A DNA stretch of 64,000 nt from Candidatus Saccharimonadota bacterium (GCA_046350755.1 JAXLZV010000001.1:340790-404789), one strand, 5' to 3'. Counted from the stretch's first letter, positions 27,186 to 37,591 are shown. Numbers and translations: made by a program. Notes: generated from the sequence alone by a model not told the origin.

Positions 27186-28367
27186 TTATCGCCGAGACAA
27201 AGCTTCTACCGCCGGAAGTTTTTTGCCAGCCAGCAGCTCCAGAGCTGCTCCACCGCCGGTCGAGATAAAGCCAAACTTTTCGTGCATACCAGAGCCATCG
27301 ATAAAGCCAGCTGTATCCCCACCACCAATCACCGACAGAGCGTCAGACTGAGCGATCGCCTTCGCCACCGCCATGCTAGCCCGAGCAAAGACCGGATTTT
27401 CGGTATAGCCTAGAGTACCATTCCAAAAAATTGTTCGCGCACCCTGCAACGCAATATTAATATTCGTTACACTCGCCTGCCCAATATCAAGCGCCATATC
27501 GTCCTCCATCAGCTGACCAACCGTCACATCACGTCCCCGCTTTGCCTCGGGTGAGTCGGCCACCACCACGTCGACCGGTAGAATAATCTCGACGCCATGC
27601 CGCTTTGCCTGGGCGAGTATTTCTAAGGCTGTGGTGAAGCCTTTCTTATCAAGGATGCTGGCCTGCATATTATGCCCCTGCGCGGCGAGGAAGGTATTAG
27701 CCATAGCACCCGAGATGACGATCGTATCGGCTTTTTTCATGAGATTGTGTAAGAAATCAATCTTATCAGCGATTTTTGCGCCGCCGATGATGGCCACAAA
27801 CGGATGCTTTGGCTTATCTAGTAAGCCAGATAGCGTTGTCACTTCGGCTTGTAAAAGTTTACCTGCGGCGTGAGGTAGATACTGCGGGATACCGACCACC
27901 GAGGCATGGGCCCGATGGGCCACAGCAAAGGCGTCATCAACGTAGACTTCCGCTAGGTCAGCAAGCTGTCGAGCAAAGGCCGCATCATTTGCCTCCTCCT
28001 CAGCATGAAACCGTAAGTTTTCCAAGAGTGCCACCTGACCAGGTCGCAGCTGCATAACTTTCTCCGCCACCGTTTCACCAACACAATCATGCATAAAATA
28101 TACTTCACGATTCAGCAGTTTCGACAACAGAACTGCCACCGGCTCCAGGCTATACTTTTCCACTGGCTTACCATCTGGGCGCCCGAGGTGACTGGCCAGA
28201 ATAATCTTTGCTTTCTGCTCGATCAAATATTTAATCGTTGGTACGGCGGCCTCAATCCGCAATTCGTCCATCACCTTACCATTATGGAGCGGTACATTAA
28301 AATCGACGCGCACAAACACGCGCTTGTCACGCACCACCAGGTCTTCGAGTTTTTTGAGTGCCGTCAT
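27186..28367 (-). CDS. pgk: Phosphoglycerate kinase
   Basis: RVDFNVP, SHLGRP, LENLRF, GGGDT and STGGGA motifs. Confidence 0.97.
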   Translation of the reverse strand: MTALKKLEDLVVRDKRVFVRVDFNVPLHNGKVMDELRIEAAVPTIKYLIEQKAKIILASHLGRPDGKPVEKYSLEPVAVLLSKLLNREVYFMHDCVGETVAEKVMQLRPGQVALLENLRFHAEEEANDAAFARQLADLAEVYVDDAFAVAHRAHASVVGIPQYLPHAAGKLLQAEVTTLSGLLDKPKHPFVAIIGGAKIADKIDFLHNLMKKADTIVISGAMANTFLAAQGHNMQASILDKKGFTTALEILAQAKRHGVEIILPVDVVVADSPEAKRGRDVTVGQLMEDDMALDIGQASVTNINIALQGARTIFWNGTLGYTENPVFARASMAVAKAIAQSDALSVIGGGDTAGFIDGSGMHEKFGFISTGGGAALELLAGKKLPAVEALSRR

Positions 28368-28610
28368 TTAATTCTCCTTTTGCTCAGTGGTTTGAAAAAG
28401 TTGGCTCGGATCAGCATAGGTATTCCCCCAACGCCCGAGGTTATTAAAAGTGATCGTGGCGGCCACGAGCAGTGCAAAAATGATGACCCCAACCCGATAA
28501 TTCTTGCTTCTGTCTTTCGTAATCAGATGGATGAGCTTCACAAAAATTGCCCCAACCAAGTAGGTAATGAGAAAAATCAGGGTAAACATCCCCAGGTCAA
28601 TCAGCTGCAT
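28368..28610 (-). CDS. Small membrane protein
   Basis: Two TM segments; abuts the pgk start. Confidence 0.65.
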   Translation of the reverse strand: MQLIDLGMFTLIFLITYLVGAIFVKLIHLITKDRSKNYRVGVIIFALLVAATITFNNLGRWGNTYADPSQLFQTTEQKEN

Positions 28611-28663
28611 AGTTCTAGTCTAGCGGCTTGCCAGCTACCAGGCAACCTGCTTATGCTTATGGC

Positions 28664-29086
28664 TTAGGTAGAGCCTTCGCCGAGTTTCTGGCGAATCATC
28701 TCCAGTACGCCACGTGGGGTTTGGTCGGCCTTAATCAAATAGTCAGCGCCAAGCGACTTGGCCTTCTCGATATCATTCGGATTATTGGAGTTCGTCAAAA
28801 AGACGACTGATGTCCGCGAGAAATCATAGCCGCCATCTTTGAGTTGAGTGATCGCCTCAATGCCACCAAGCTCGGGCATATTGATATCCACCAAGGCTAG
28901 CTTGGGTTGATATTGCTTGATAAGCTTGATGGCCTCATGACCATTGGAGCCCATGGCAATATTGTAGCCAGCCTTCACAAGCTTCACCTGGTACATACGC
29001 GAGATAAAGGGGTCATCTTCGACCACGACAACGTCGGGGTGCTGTCCAGCGGTTGGGTCAGCGACTTTGGGAGTAGTATCATCCAT
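28664..29086 (-). CDS. Single-domain response regulator
   Basis: VVEDD, LVDINMP, FLTN and ADYLIK motifs. Confidence 0.9.
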   Translation of the reverse strand: MDDTTPKVADPTAGQHPDVVVVEDDPFISRMYQVKLVKAGYNIAMGSNGHEAIKLIKQYQPKLALVDINMPELGGIEAITQLKDGGYDFSRTSVVFLTNSNNPNDIEKAKSLGADYLIKADQTPRGVLEMIRQKLGEGST

Positions 29087-29105
29087 ATGTACTTCAGTAT
29101 ACCTG

Positions 29106-31322
29106 TTAGGCTTGAGGAGAGCTAGTTTTTGGCGTGGCAGCCGGAGACTTGGTCTCAGCTTCAACCCCTTCACCGGTCGGCTTCACTGGCAGCTTGAAGC
29201 CAAAGGTTGAGCCCTTGCCCTCAGTACTCTCAAAGATGATCTCACCACCTTGATCATGCACTACGCGACCAACCAGGAAGAGACCAAGCCCCGTACCGTC
29301 TGGGCGAGCCTGTTGAGCATTTGGCGCCCGATAGAATTTCTTAAAGAGTTTGGCTTGCTCTGACTTCGGCACGCCGATACCATTGTCAACCACCTTAAAG
29401 GTAACCGTCTGACCATCTGTCTCGAGATAGATATCAACCTTGCCAGGCTCTTTGCCGGTCGACGAGTAATAGATAGCATTATCCATCATGTTCATCAGGC
29501 ACTGACGCGTCTTACCCTCATCAATCGACAGGGTTGGGATATCACCTTTGGGCTCATGGTACTGCAAAGTCACATTTTTTGTGCTAGCCGTCGTTTCGAG
29601 TAATGCCAATTCTTCGGGTAATACTTTTTTCAGATCGACCGGCGCTCGCTCGATGCGGAATTTACCAGACTGGATGCGTGAGACATTCAGCAAATCATCA
29701 ACCAAGCGCGTCATACGGGTCGCGGCGTCAAATGATTGCTTGAGAGTTTCCTTTTGTTCTTTTGAGATGCGACCAAAATCACCGTCCATCACCATCGAAG
29801 TATAGCCCCGCACGGCCGTCAGCGGCGTCCGCAGCTGGTGAGAGGCCATCGAGATGAATTCATCCTTGGCTTTATCGAGTGCCTTGAGCTCATGGTTTGC
29901 GTGTGTCAGATCAGCCGTAGCCTGACGGATCTTTTCGCGCAAGGTTTCATTAAAGCGCTGGATCTCGGTGTATGAGCGAGCGTTCTGAATAGCTACGGCG
30001 AGCTCATTGGCAATAATTTGCAGCGTCTGGATATCTTGCTCGGAAAAGATGTCACCGCTCTTCTTCTCGCCAAGCAAGAGGTAACCTACGAAAGACTCAG
30101 TAGTTTTGAGCGGGAAGATCGCCCGTACGTTATGTCGATCGAGAATGTCGCGCTTCTCACCAGATGCGATTTCATCGGTGATAGTTGGTTTCACCTTAAA
30201 CTTCTTCAAATCATCTGGATGGTACAGCTGCTGGATCTTCGAGCTATGTGTCTGGTAGAAAATACCGTCTTTGTTGGTAACGACGATATTTGTAGTATCT
30301 AGGCGCATCTGAGACTGCAGGATCTCAAGCACCTTTATGGAGAGTTTATCGAGCTCGATCTCGGAAGCTAGCACCCGTCCGATGTCAGAAACAAGAACCT
30401 GCGGATCATATCGATCGCGGTAGAAAATGCGATCGGTAATCTTCTCGAAAAAACGGCGAATTGTCGGGAAAGTAAATGCCAAAAGCACCGCGAGTACAAC
30501 ATTAAAGACCTGCTGGGAGAGCTCGGTAGTAAGAATGTTCTTGAGAATTACCCCTTGAGCCAAACCAAAAGCCAGGAAGGCATACAGAAAAGCAAACGCC
30601 GCAACCGAAAATATATAGGCTACCGACCGCGCGACAACGGCCCGGATATCAAACAAACGATGGCGAACTATCGCGTATACAGTCGGCACAACGAATAACA
30701 GAACGCTCGGTGGACCCAAGAATCCTAAGCTTGAAATCCCAACAAGCACAAGCACTAGATTAGTTAAAACTATGACCAGCGCCATCGCCCCTAGCCCATA
30801 GGAAAAGAAGCGTAATTGTTGGCGCTCTAAGCTGCCCGCTGTGCGCCAGTTGAGCCAAAGATTACGACCAGTAAAAGCTAAGCTGAATAAGCCCGTAAGC
30901 AAGAGAAGTATATAAAATGGACCTCCGGTCACTTCAGCCCCATAATCAGCCAATTGCACACTCTCAACCGCTAATTTCGTCGGACTAATTATCACGAGAA
31001 AGATTACCAGGACGGAGAGAATCATCCCGGGGATACGCCCTTTTTTCATGAGTTCTTTCGGGAAATATCGAGAAAACTGATACAAACACAGCATCGTGAT
31101 TGCCGCTACCCCAAAAGCAATATGACTACTGAGAGTAGCTAAGTTCAAGTTGTTATAATTATCGGCGAAGTTTAACGTTAAAATCCAAGCGACAACTGAC
31201 AAAATAAAGGCAAATAGCCAGCGATTTACCCGTGCTTTTGCGTTATTTAAGAGTACAAAGAAGCCCAGCCCAAGCAGGGCGGCTGCCGAAAAAAGATAGA
31301 CAAAAATGCGAAGCTGAAACAT
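29106..31322 (-). CDS. 7TM-GAF sensor histidine kinase
   Basis: Multi-TM N-terminus, GAF domain (LLLGEKKSGDIF), MASHQLRTPL, DNAIYY and GTGLGL motifs. Confidence 0.92.
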   Translation of the reverse strand: MFQLRIFVYLFSAAALLGLGFFVLLNNAKARVNRWLFAFILSVVAWILTLNFADNYNNLNLATLSSHIAFGVAAITMLCLYQFSRYFPKELMKKGRIPGMILSVLVIFLVIISPTKLAVESVQLADYGAEVTGGPFYILLLLTGLFSLAFTGRNLWLNWRTAGSLERQQLRFFSYGLGAMALVIVLTNLVLVLVGISSLGFLGPPSVLLFVVPTVYAIVRHRLFDIRAVVARSVAYIFSVAAFAFLYAFLAFGLAQGVILKNILTTELSQQVFNVVLAVLLAFTFPTIRRFFEKITDRIFYRDRYDPQVLVSDIGRVLASEIELDKLSIKVLEILQSQMRLDTTNIVVTNKDGIFYQTHSSKIQQLYHPDDLKKFKVKPTITDEIASGEKRDILDRHNVRAIFPLKTTESFVGYLLLGEKKSGDIFSEQDIQTLQIIANELAVAIQNARSYTEIQRFNETLREKIRQATADLTHANHELKALDKAKDEFISMASHQLRTPLTAVRGYTSMVMDGDFGRISKEQKETLKQSFDAATRMTRLVDDLLNVSRIQSGKFRIERAPVDLKKVLPEELALLETTASTKNVTLQYHEPKGDIPTLSIDEGKTRQCLMNMMDNAIYYSSTGKEPGKVDIYLETDGQTVTFKVVDNGIGVPKSEQAKLFKKFYRAPNAQQARPDGTGLGLFLVGRVVHDQGGEIIFESTEGKGSTFGFKLPVKPTGEGVEAETKSPAATPKTSSPQA

Positions 31323-31888
31323 TAGCTTCTTGCATTATAGAAGATAAAGTCGACGTTGTACGCCTTGCCATCATATTTACTGTTGGCAATGAGCTCTAAA
31401 GTCTTAGCCTCGACTGCCCGAAAACGCTCTGGGAGGATGTTAATAAGAAATTTTGCCGGCACAAATTCTTTACCAGAAATATTTTGAATCTGTGAGTCAG
31501 ATGGATCAAACTCACCAAGACGGATTAAGTACCATATGGCCGTCATAAATGAGCAGGGCAACTTCTGTCTTTCGTCGATGTAGCGAGCATAGCTTCTCTG
31601 AATGCGTCCATTCGTAATGCTATTCAGCATAAGGTCTTTATATGGCTCCATATTTGCCTCAAAGCCAAGGAAATCTGGCGTTGCGTTCTTAGCCGCCAGT
31701 TTTTCCATAAAGTCACTAAGATCTAACAAATGCTCACTAGGATTATAGTTGTCGATTAAAACTACCGAGCTACAGGTCCCATCGATATTCTGCGAGTAGG
31801 TATGATACTTATCAATACTTTCCTCGTGCTCCTGGCTAAACGTTTCATTAATATATATGTGACTAATTTCTACGCTGTAATCATCCAT
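31322..31888 (-). CDS. Hypothetical protein, SCO2522-like / HUP-fold-like
   Basis: SVEISHIY, VLIDNY, CSFMTAIWYLIRLG and ILPERFRAVE motifs; stop overlaps kinase start (TAATG). Confidence 0.6.
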   Translation of the reverse strand: MDDYSVEISHIYINETFSQEHEESIDKYHTYSQNIDGTCSSVVLIDNYNPSEHLLDLSDFMEKLAAKNATPDFLGFEANMEPYKDLMLNSITNGRIQRSYARYIDERQKLPCSFMTAIWYLIRLGEFDPSDSQIQNISGKEFVPAKFLINILPERFRAVEAKTLELIANSKYDGKAYNVDFIFYNARS

Positions 31889-31985
31889 GCTTGTGTTTCC
31901 TATTCACCCATAATACTTGCTTTTGAATAAATATGAATAGAGGGCCGGTTTCCCGGCCCTCATGACTCGTGCTTGTGCCGCCGGG

Positions 31986-32588
31986 CTACAGGTCATCCAC
32001 GTTCGGACGAATCCAGTACTCGCGATCGGCTTCCTCGGAACACAGCTCGTGAAATCGGTAGCCAAAGTATGTCATGGCTTCCTTCACGTAATCAGCCTTG
32101 GTGTGGGTTCGAGTCACGAAGAACTCGGCTCCACCACGCTTGGCTGCCCGGTGCGCTTCCCAGAAGATATCGAAGGCATCACTGCCCTCGTAAGTGGGGT
32201 CGACGCCGATATGATCGACATAAACTCCACTTCCCGGTAGGTTCTTCAGCTGGCGCACTTCCGTGTGGTCGTAACCCCACACCCAGACACGAACCTGATT
32301 CGCTTCATCGCGACCCAGGTTGAGCTGGGCGCCAGGCCGACTCATGGCATCCATGAAGTAGTCGGCCACTCGGCTATCGGTCCAGTACGGCGCCAAGACG
32401 GCGCCACACTTCGGGCAAGTGCCGAGATCTGTCTGGTAACGCCCCTTCGAACCGAAGTCGTCCGAGGCGTTACAGACAGGGCAGCGGAATCGCTCACACC
32501 ATGGTTCACGTTCGAACCAATCTCTGAACGATTCCGACAGACGATCAAGCGGCATTTCTACCGCTCGCGCAATCTCAAAGCGCAACAT
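31986..32588 (-). CDS. GNAT-like protein with CxxC...CxxC insertion
   Basis: CPVC/CPKC; YVDHIGVDPTYEG resembles GNAT motif A; SD GAAAGGAG. Confidence 0.6.
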   Translation of the reverse strand: MLRFEIARAVEMPLDRLSESFRDWFEREPWCERFRCPVCNASDDFGSKGRYQTDLGTCPKCGAVLAPYWTDSRVADYFMDAMSRPGAQLNLGRDEANQVRVWVWGYDHTEVRQLKNLPGSGVYVDHIGVDPTYEGSDAFDIFWEAHRAAKRGGAEFFVTRTHTKADYVKEAMTYFGYRFHELCSEEADREYWIRPNVDDL

Positions 32589-32589
32589 C

Positions 32590-33243
32590 TCACTCCTTTC
32601 CAGCAACGACCAGTCGGTCGATACCAGCGTATGTTGGTTCGACAGACTTGATGGTGAAGCCGGCTGCCGTCACTGCTGCCTTGAGCTCGTCTTCTGTGAG
32701 GAAGACAAACTGCGAAGACTCGTAGCGACTACGGCGAGCTAGGTTGATGCCCCACGCGATGAAGCGTGGGATATTCAAGACTGAGCGAGCCATCTCGCGA
32801 GGACTCGCAGTCTTGAAGTGCTCGGCGATGAGCGGGGTGAGCTGATCGTTGACCGGGTTGGCCAAGAAAAGCTGTCCACCAGGTCGCAACACGCGATGCA
32901 ATTCGCTCAAGGCTGAGGCGTAACCACTGCCAAGAGCGTAGATCACATTGATGCAGGCGATCTGATCGAAAGAGTCGTTCGTGAACGGCAAGCCGTCCAC
33001 CAAACTCCCCTGTACGATATCATCTTCGCGCGCAGCTGCGGTGCGGAGCATGGTGCTCGAGAAATCGACGCCGACGACATGCGCCGCCGTATCGAGTCCG
33101 AGCCGTCCGCTTCCACAGCCAGCGTCGAGCACTTGAGCGCCCGAATCAAGCCGGCTGGCGACGTCAGTCACCAGCGCGGCATGTGGCTTCAGCAAGAACA
33201 GGCTGTCATACAGCCAGCCCTGAACTTCCCACAGACTTGTCAT
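32590..33243 (-). CDS. Class I SAM-dependent methyltransferase
   Basis: VLDAGCGSG, GVDFS, LPF..FD and RVLRPGG motifs. Confidence 0.9.
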   Translation of the reverse strand: MTSLWEVQGWLYDSLFLLKPHAALVTDVASRLDSGAQVLDAGCGSGRLGLDTAAHVVGVDFSSTMLRTAAAREDDIVQGSLVDGLPFTNDSFDQIACINVIYALGSGYASALSELHRVLRPGGQLFLANPVNDQLTPLIAEHFKTASPREMARSVLNIPRFIAWGINLARRSRYESSQFVFLTEDELKAAVTAAGFTIKSVEPTYAGIDRLVVAGKE

Positions 33244-33679
33244 CTGAAGTGTCCTTTCTTTTGGACCGGCTAGTACGAATTGCCTTGACGACGAGGAGAA
33301 TGACAGCCAACCCACTCCAAAGGAGAATGGCGGGACGAACCCACCATGGGTAGTTATCACCAGCCACATACACATAGACCCATGGAGGGGCCCAAATGAG
33401 GCGATTGATGATGACTGCTTCTGAGAAACCAAACCATTCGCGTCGTGTTGCCTTGCGCAAGATCAAGTACCATGACCAGTAATAGGGCACGAACGTAATC
33501 AAGAGTAGGCCGACGAAAATGGCCGGATTGACGTTGTAGCTCAGAGCTTTGTCCCAATAGCGCACGATCAAATCCGCAGCGAAGAAATAAATCAACGGAG
33601 CGGCAATCGCGACTACGAGGAGGCCGAGAACAACCTGGAGCTTTCTGGAATTCCTGAGGTATATCAAAGAACGATTCAC
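33206..33679 (-). CDS. Membrane protein
   Basis: Four hydrophobic segments; first gene of a three-gene operon; TATAAT upstream. Confidence 0.65.
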   Translation of the reverse strand: MNRSLIYLRNSRKLQVVLGLLVVAIAAPLIYFFAADLIVRYWDKALSYNVNPAIFVGLLLITFVPYYWSWYLILRKATRREWFGFSEAVIINRLIWAPPWVYVYVAGDNYPWWVRPAILLWSGLAVILLVVKAIRTSRSKRKDTSDDKSVGSSGLAV

Positions 33680-33766
33680 GGGGCAAATTATAGCATAAAT
33701 ACTATGAATTGTAAAGGATTTTATCAGTCACCGTTCGCCTCTTTCGACTTCGAATCTCTAGAGAAG

Positions 33767-35437
33767 TTAAGCCTCTTCCGGCTCTTCGCCTAGCTTGTGC
33801 CCACGCACGTACTCCCCGGTCGCCTTCTCATCGAGCACGCGACCGTTCTCGACGACAACGTACTTCTTGATGCCGGCATCATGTAAAAATTCGCGGTCGT
33901 GACTGACGACGACTAACGCTCCCGGATAGGTCGCCAGCGCTTTACCCAGTGCCTCGCTGGCACCGACATCCAGATGGTTCGTCGGCTCGTCCATAATCAG
34001 TAAATTCGTCGCTCGCAGTGCGTGCACCGCCAAAAAAGCCTTGCCACGCTGACCAGGGCTAATCCGCGTCGTTGGTAGCGTCTGACTCTCGCGAGCGATG
34101 CCAAAGCGCGCCAGTTCGGTCGCGGCCTTCGTCTCATCCACGCTCGCCATGCGCGATACGTTATCGACCAGACTTTCATCCGGGCGTTCAAACTCTGGCT
34201 GCTGAGCGATGAAACCTATCTGCGTCGCCTCGGCTACTTCGCGTGAGCCTTTGGCGGGCTCCAAGAGTCCTGCCAGGAGCTTTACCAGTGTCGACTTCCC
34301 TTCGCCATTCGGCCCAATAATTGCCACGCGCTCGCCACCGCGCACGATGAGATTGTAGGGACCGAGCTCGCGAGCTTCATACTTGGCTACCGCCCCCTCC
34401 AGCTTCACCATATCGCCACCCGGTTTATTCGCGGTAATCGGGAATAAGACCGACAGATCGACATCTTCATCTGGACGATCAACGTCTTCGAGCCGATCGA
34501 GACGGGTTTCCAACGCCTTTGAGGCTTTGGCCAGCGTCTTCCCGGCGTTTTCATTCTTGCGATCAGTCGCCATCTTGTCATTATCGCGGCTGCCTTTTTC
34601 GGCCCGATCAGTCCGCACGCTCTGCGCCATCTTCTTCTGCATGGCTTCCTCGAGCTTGCGTCGTTCGAGATCAGTCTCGCGGTGCGCCTTGGCCTGCGCT
34701 GCCCGATCACGCTCCAGCTGCAAACGCCAATCAGCAAAGCCGCCACCAAAGAAATTCATGCCCCCCGCGCCTTCGCGCAGCTCAACGATCTTATTCATCG
34801 TCTCTTTGAGAAAACGACGATCGTGCGAGATGATGAGAAATCCGGCTTTCGACCGGCGAATAAAAGCTTCGAGAATCTCGATACCGGCGATGTCGAGATT
34901 GTTAGTTGGCTCGTCGAGCAAGAAGACATCATACTCGGCAACCAGGATCGAGGCTAATGCCAGCTTAGTCTGCATGCCGCCCGAGAGATCACTGACCTTT
35001 TTCTCCAGCACATCCGTAGTCAGCCCAACTTCTTGCAATGCACGTGGTAAACGCTCATCAAGCGTGTAAGCACCAACGGCATCAACTTGCTCAAGGGCAG
35101 CATTATAGCTCGCCTCATCATCCATCATATTCTCAGCCGCCGCTTCGAGATCAGCGTAGGCTTTGGTGATACCAGTCAACTCTTCAATCGTCGCCCGACA
35201 GGTCAGATCCTGCCATTGCGCCAGCTCCTGCGGCATGAAGCCTACGATATCACGGGTGCGATCGATCTTACCATCAGTCGGCTGGAGATTACCGGCGATC
35301 AGATTGAGCAACGTCGACTTCCCGGCGCCATTCGGCCCGACCAGGCCAATGCGGTCGCCCGGCCCGATCGTAAAGGTGATCCGGTCGAGGATTGGAGTGT
35401 GAGCGTATTCGAAACGCAATTTGTCGATCTTTATCAT
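33767..35437 (-). CDS. ABC-F family ATPase
   Basis: Two ABC domains ([20 protein letters not shown]; [15 protein letters not shown]), coiled linker, no TM segments. Confidence 0.92.
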   Translation of the reverse strand: MIKIDKLRFEYAHTPILDRITFTIGPGDRIGLVGPNGAGKSTLLNLIAGNLQPTDGKIDRTRDIVGFMPQELAQWQDLTCRATIEELTGITKAYADLEAAAENMMDDEASYNAALEQVDAVGAYTLDERLPRALQEVGLTTDVLEKKVSDLSGGMQTKLALASILVAEYDVFLLDEPTNNLDIAGIEILEAFIRRSKAGFLIISHDRRFLKETMNKIVELREGAGGMNFFGGGFADWRLQLERDRAAQAKAHRETDLERRKLEEAMQKKMAQSVRTDRAEKGSRDNDKMATDRKNENAGKTLAKASKALETRLDRLEDVDRPDEDVDLSVLFPITANKPGGDMVKLEGAVAKYEARELGPYNLIVRGGERVAIIGPNGEGKSTLVKLLAGLLEPAKGSREVAEATQIGFIAQQPEFERPDESLVDNVSRMASVDETKAATELARFGIARESQTLPTTRISPGQRGKAFLAVHALRATNLLIMDEPTNHLDVGASEALGKALATYPGALVVVSHDREFLHDAGIKKYVVVENGRVLDEKATGEYVRGHKLGEEPEEA

Positions 35438-35476
35438 AGCCGTACTATTGTACTGTATCTGTTAGCTAATAGGTAG

Positions 35477-36784
35477 TCAGCGCACCCGGTCGAGAACGAG
35501 CGCAAGATCAACTTCAGTCTGGTCGCCGGAACGCAGGTCTTTGAGCGCAACCGTACCAGCGGCAAGCTCTTTCTCGCCAATCACCGCCACATAAGGAACG
35601 GCTAGTTTATCAGCCCGCGCGAAGACCTTCGGCAGCTTAGTCTCAGCCATGACGAGCTCACAAGCAATGCCGGCGTCACGTAGGCTCGTCGCCAGTTGTC
35701 CGGCCAGCTCCCAAGCCTCGTCCATCATCGGTACGATAATTACTCGGCTAGGTGTCTGAGTCGCTAGATCAAGCTTGCCAGCGTCACGCAAGCCGTCGAA
35801 GAGCCGCGTCAAGCCGATCGATATTCCTACACCTGGCAGCGCCCGGTCGGTATAATATTGCGCCAGATCATCAAACCGACCACCCGAGCAGACACTACCA
35901 AGCTCCGGTAAGTCTGTCAGCAACGTCTCAAACACCGTTGAGGTGTAATAATCGAGACCGCGGGCAATCGAGCAGTCAATTTCTAGTTCTGATTCCTTAA
36001 CTCCACTGGCCATGGCTGCCGCAATCGCCCGCTCGAGTTCCTCGAGACCGGTCACGAGCTGCGAATTCCCGCTAGCTAGCTTTTGCAGCTCTGCAGTGAC
36101 CGCCGAGACAGACCCCCGCAACTCAGCCGTCTTCAAAAGCGTCGCGATTTGGGCCTTGTCCAAGCCCTCTTTACTCAGTAACTCTTTCACGCTCGCCTCG
36201 CCGATCTTCTCGAGCTTGTCGATAATGCGTAGCAGTCCAGTTGCCTTCTCAGCCACGCCCAGCGATTCATAGAGGCCGGTCAGAATCTTGCGATTATTCA
36301 CACGGATAACAAAATCCCCGACTGCCAAAGCCCGCATCGTGCTGGCTGCCAGGGCAATCATCTCGCCATCAACCGCGACATCGGCCTCGCCGACCACGTC
36401 CGCATCGCACTGGTAGAATTCACGCGCCCGACCTTTTTGTGCCCGTTCAGCCCGCCAAACTTTCTGTATCTGAGAGCGACGGAATGGAAAGGCCAGATCA
36501 TTCTGGTGCTCCGCCACGAAACGCGCTAATGGCACCGTCAGATCATAGTGCAATACGTAATCCTTCGACCCTTTACCGAAACGAAATACTTCCTGCTCAG
36601 TCTCGCCACCGCCCTTAGCGAGCAAGACTTCCGCTAGCTCTAATGCCGGTGTCTCAATCGGACCAAAACCCGCTGCCTCGTAGCTAGTACGAATCGTCGT
36701 CAGCAGCTTCTGAAAAGCCAGCTGTTCGGCCGGTAAATATTCGGGGAAGCCACTCGGACGACGCGGCGAAACACGGTTACTCAT
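35477..36784 (-). CDS. hisS: Histidine--tRNA ligase
   Basis: YDLTVP, RAERAQKGRAREFYQCD, RGLDYY and GGRFD motifs. Confidence 0.96.
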   Translation of the reverse strand: MSNRVSPRRPSGFPEYLPAEQLAFQKLLTTIRTSYEAAGFGPIETPALELAEVLLAKGGGETEQEVFRFGKGSKDYVLHYDLTVPLARFVAEHQNDLAFPFRRSQIQKVWRAERAQKGRAREFYQCDADVVGEADVAVDGEMIALAASTMRALAVGDFVIRVNNRKILTGLYESLGVAEKATGLLRIIDKLEKIGEASVKELLSKEGLDKAQIATLLKTAELRGSVSAVTAELQKLASGNSQLVTGLEELERAIAAAMASGVKESELEIDCSIARGLDYYTSTVFETLLTDLPELGSVCSGGRFDDLAQYYTDRALPGVGISIGLTRLFDGLRDAGKLDLATQTPSRVIIVPMMDEAWELAGQLATSLRDAGIACELVMAETKLPKVFARADKLAVPYVAVIGEKELAAGTVALKDLRSGDQTEVDLALVLDRVR

Positions 36785-36921
36785 ATCAATATTATCGGGC
36801 TTTTGGCTATAAAGCGCAAAGCGACGAATAAATGTTGAGCCCCGATCATCGAATGACGATCGGGGCTAGTGGACGGATGCAACGAAGTTGGGGTATCGGT
36901 TTGGGGCAGGCATGAGTCATC

Positions 36922-37065
36922 TCACGGATTCTTCATGCCGCCACGGGCAGTGCGGCTGACCCGCTTGAGCTTGCGCTGATGACCCTTCTTGCCGCTACCG
37001 CGACGAGTGCGGATCTTGCGCTTGCGGCGTGAGCCACTGATGTTACCATCACGTCTGGGCACCAT
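36922..37065 (-). CDS. 47-aa very basic peptide (not in ORF track)
   Basis: MVPRRDGNISGSRRKRKIRTRRGSGKKGHQRKLKRVSRTARGGMKNP; SD GAAAGGAGAG; hairpin at 36838-36867 downstream. Confidence 0.6.
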   Translation of the reverse strand: MVPRRDGNISGSRRKRKIRTRRGSGKKGHQRKLKRVSRTARGGMKNP

Positions 37066-37200
37066 CTCTCCTTTCGGGTCGTCGATGAAATGCACCGTTG
37101 CCTATCTGGCAAGCCTATTGTCCAATAAGATATACGCAGCACACAAGGTTAAGTATTATCAAAACGCTAGCGCTCCTCTCGAGAAAGGTATATACTGACT

Positions 37201-37284
37201 GACAGCAGCAAGCACTTGAGTAAAACACAAGTTTTTGGCAGCACCAAAAACCAAGTTGTGGCAGCAGCACACCTTGGTTTTTTT
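37201..37284 (+). ncRNA. Candidate small RNA with CAGCA loops
   Basis: TATACT box at 37191, three hairpins and a U-tract end. Confidence 0.4.
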
Positions 37285-37334
37285 GTATCTCTCGATAGAT
37301 TAGTCGCTTTCAGGTATAATAACCGAGCAAATCT

Positions 37335-37411
37335 GCGCCTGTAGCTCAGCTGGATAGAGCGTGTGGCTTCGAACCACAAGGCCGGGGGTTCGAGTCCCTC
37401 CGGGCGCACCA
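37335..37411 (+). tRNA. tRNA-Arg(TCG)
   Basis: Cloverleaf, TGTGG-CTTCGAA-CCACA, CCA end. Confidence 0.95.
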
Positions 37412-37469
37412 TTGATTAACCACCCATTTCTCGGTATAATATTTCGGTTTCACCACATTTTTTTGATGT

Positions 37470-37546
37470 GGGCCAGTAGCTCAGTTGGTTAGAGCACCTG
37501 CCTCTTAAGCAGGGTGTCGAGGGTTCGAGCCCCTCCTGGCCCTCCA
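37470..37546 (+). tRNA. tRNA-Lys(CTT)
   Basis: CCTGC-CTCTTAA-GCAGG, CCA end. Confidence 0.95.
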
Positions 37547-37591
37547 GCCCTTATTCGACTCCTTCGGGAGTCTTTTTGTTATCATGAACAA

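Noticed and set aside
34383-35069. Long antisense ORFs (also 23070-23672, 50921-51457, 28089-28667)
   Set aside because: Shadows of GC-rich sense genes that have clear family motifs or expression signals.
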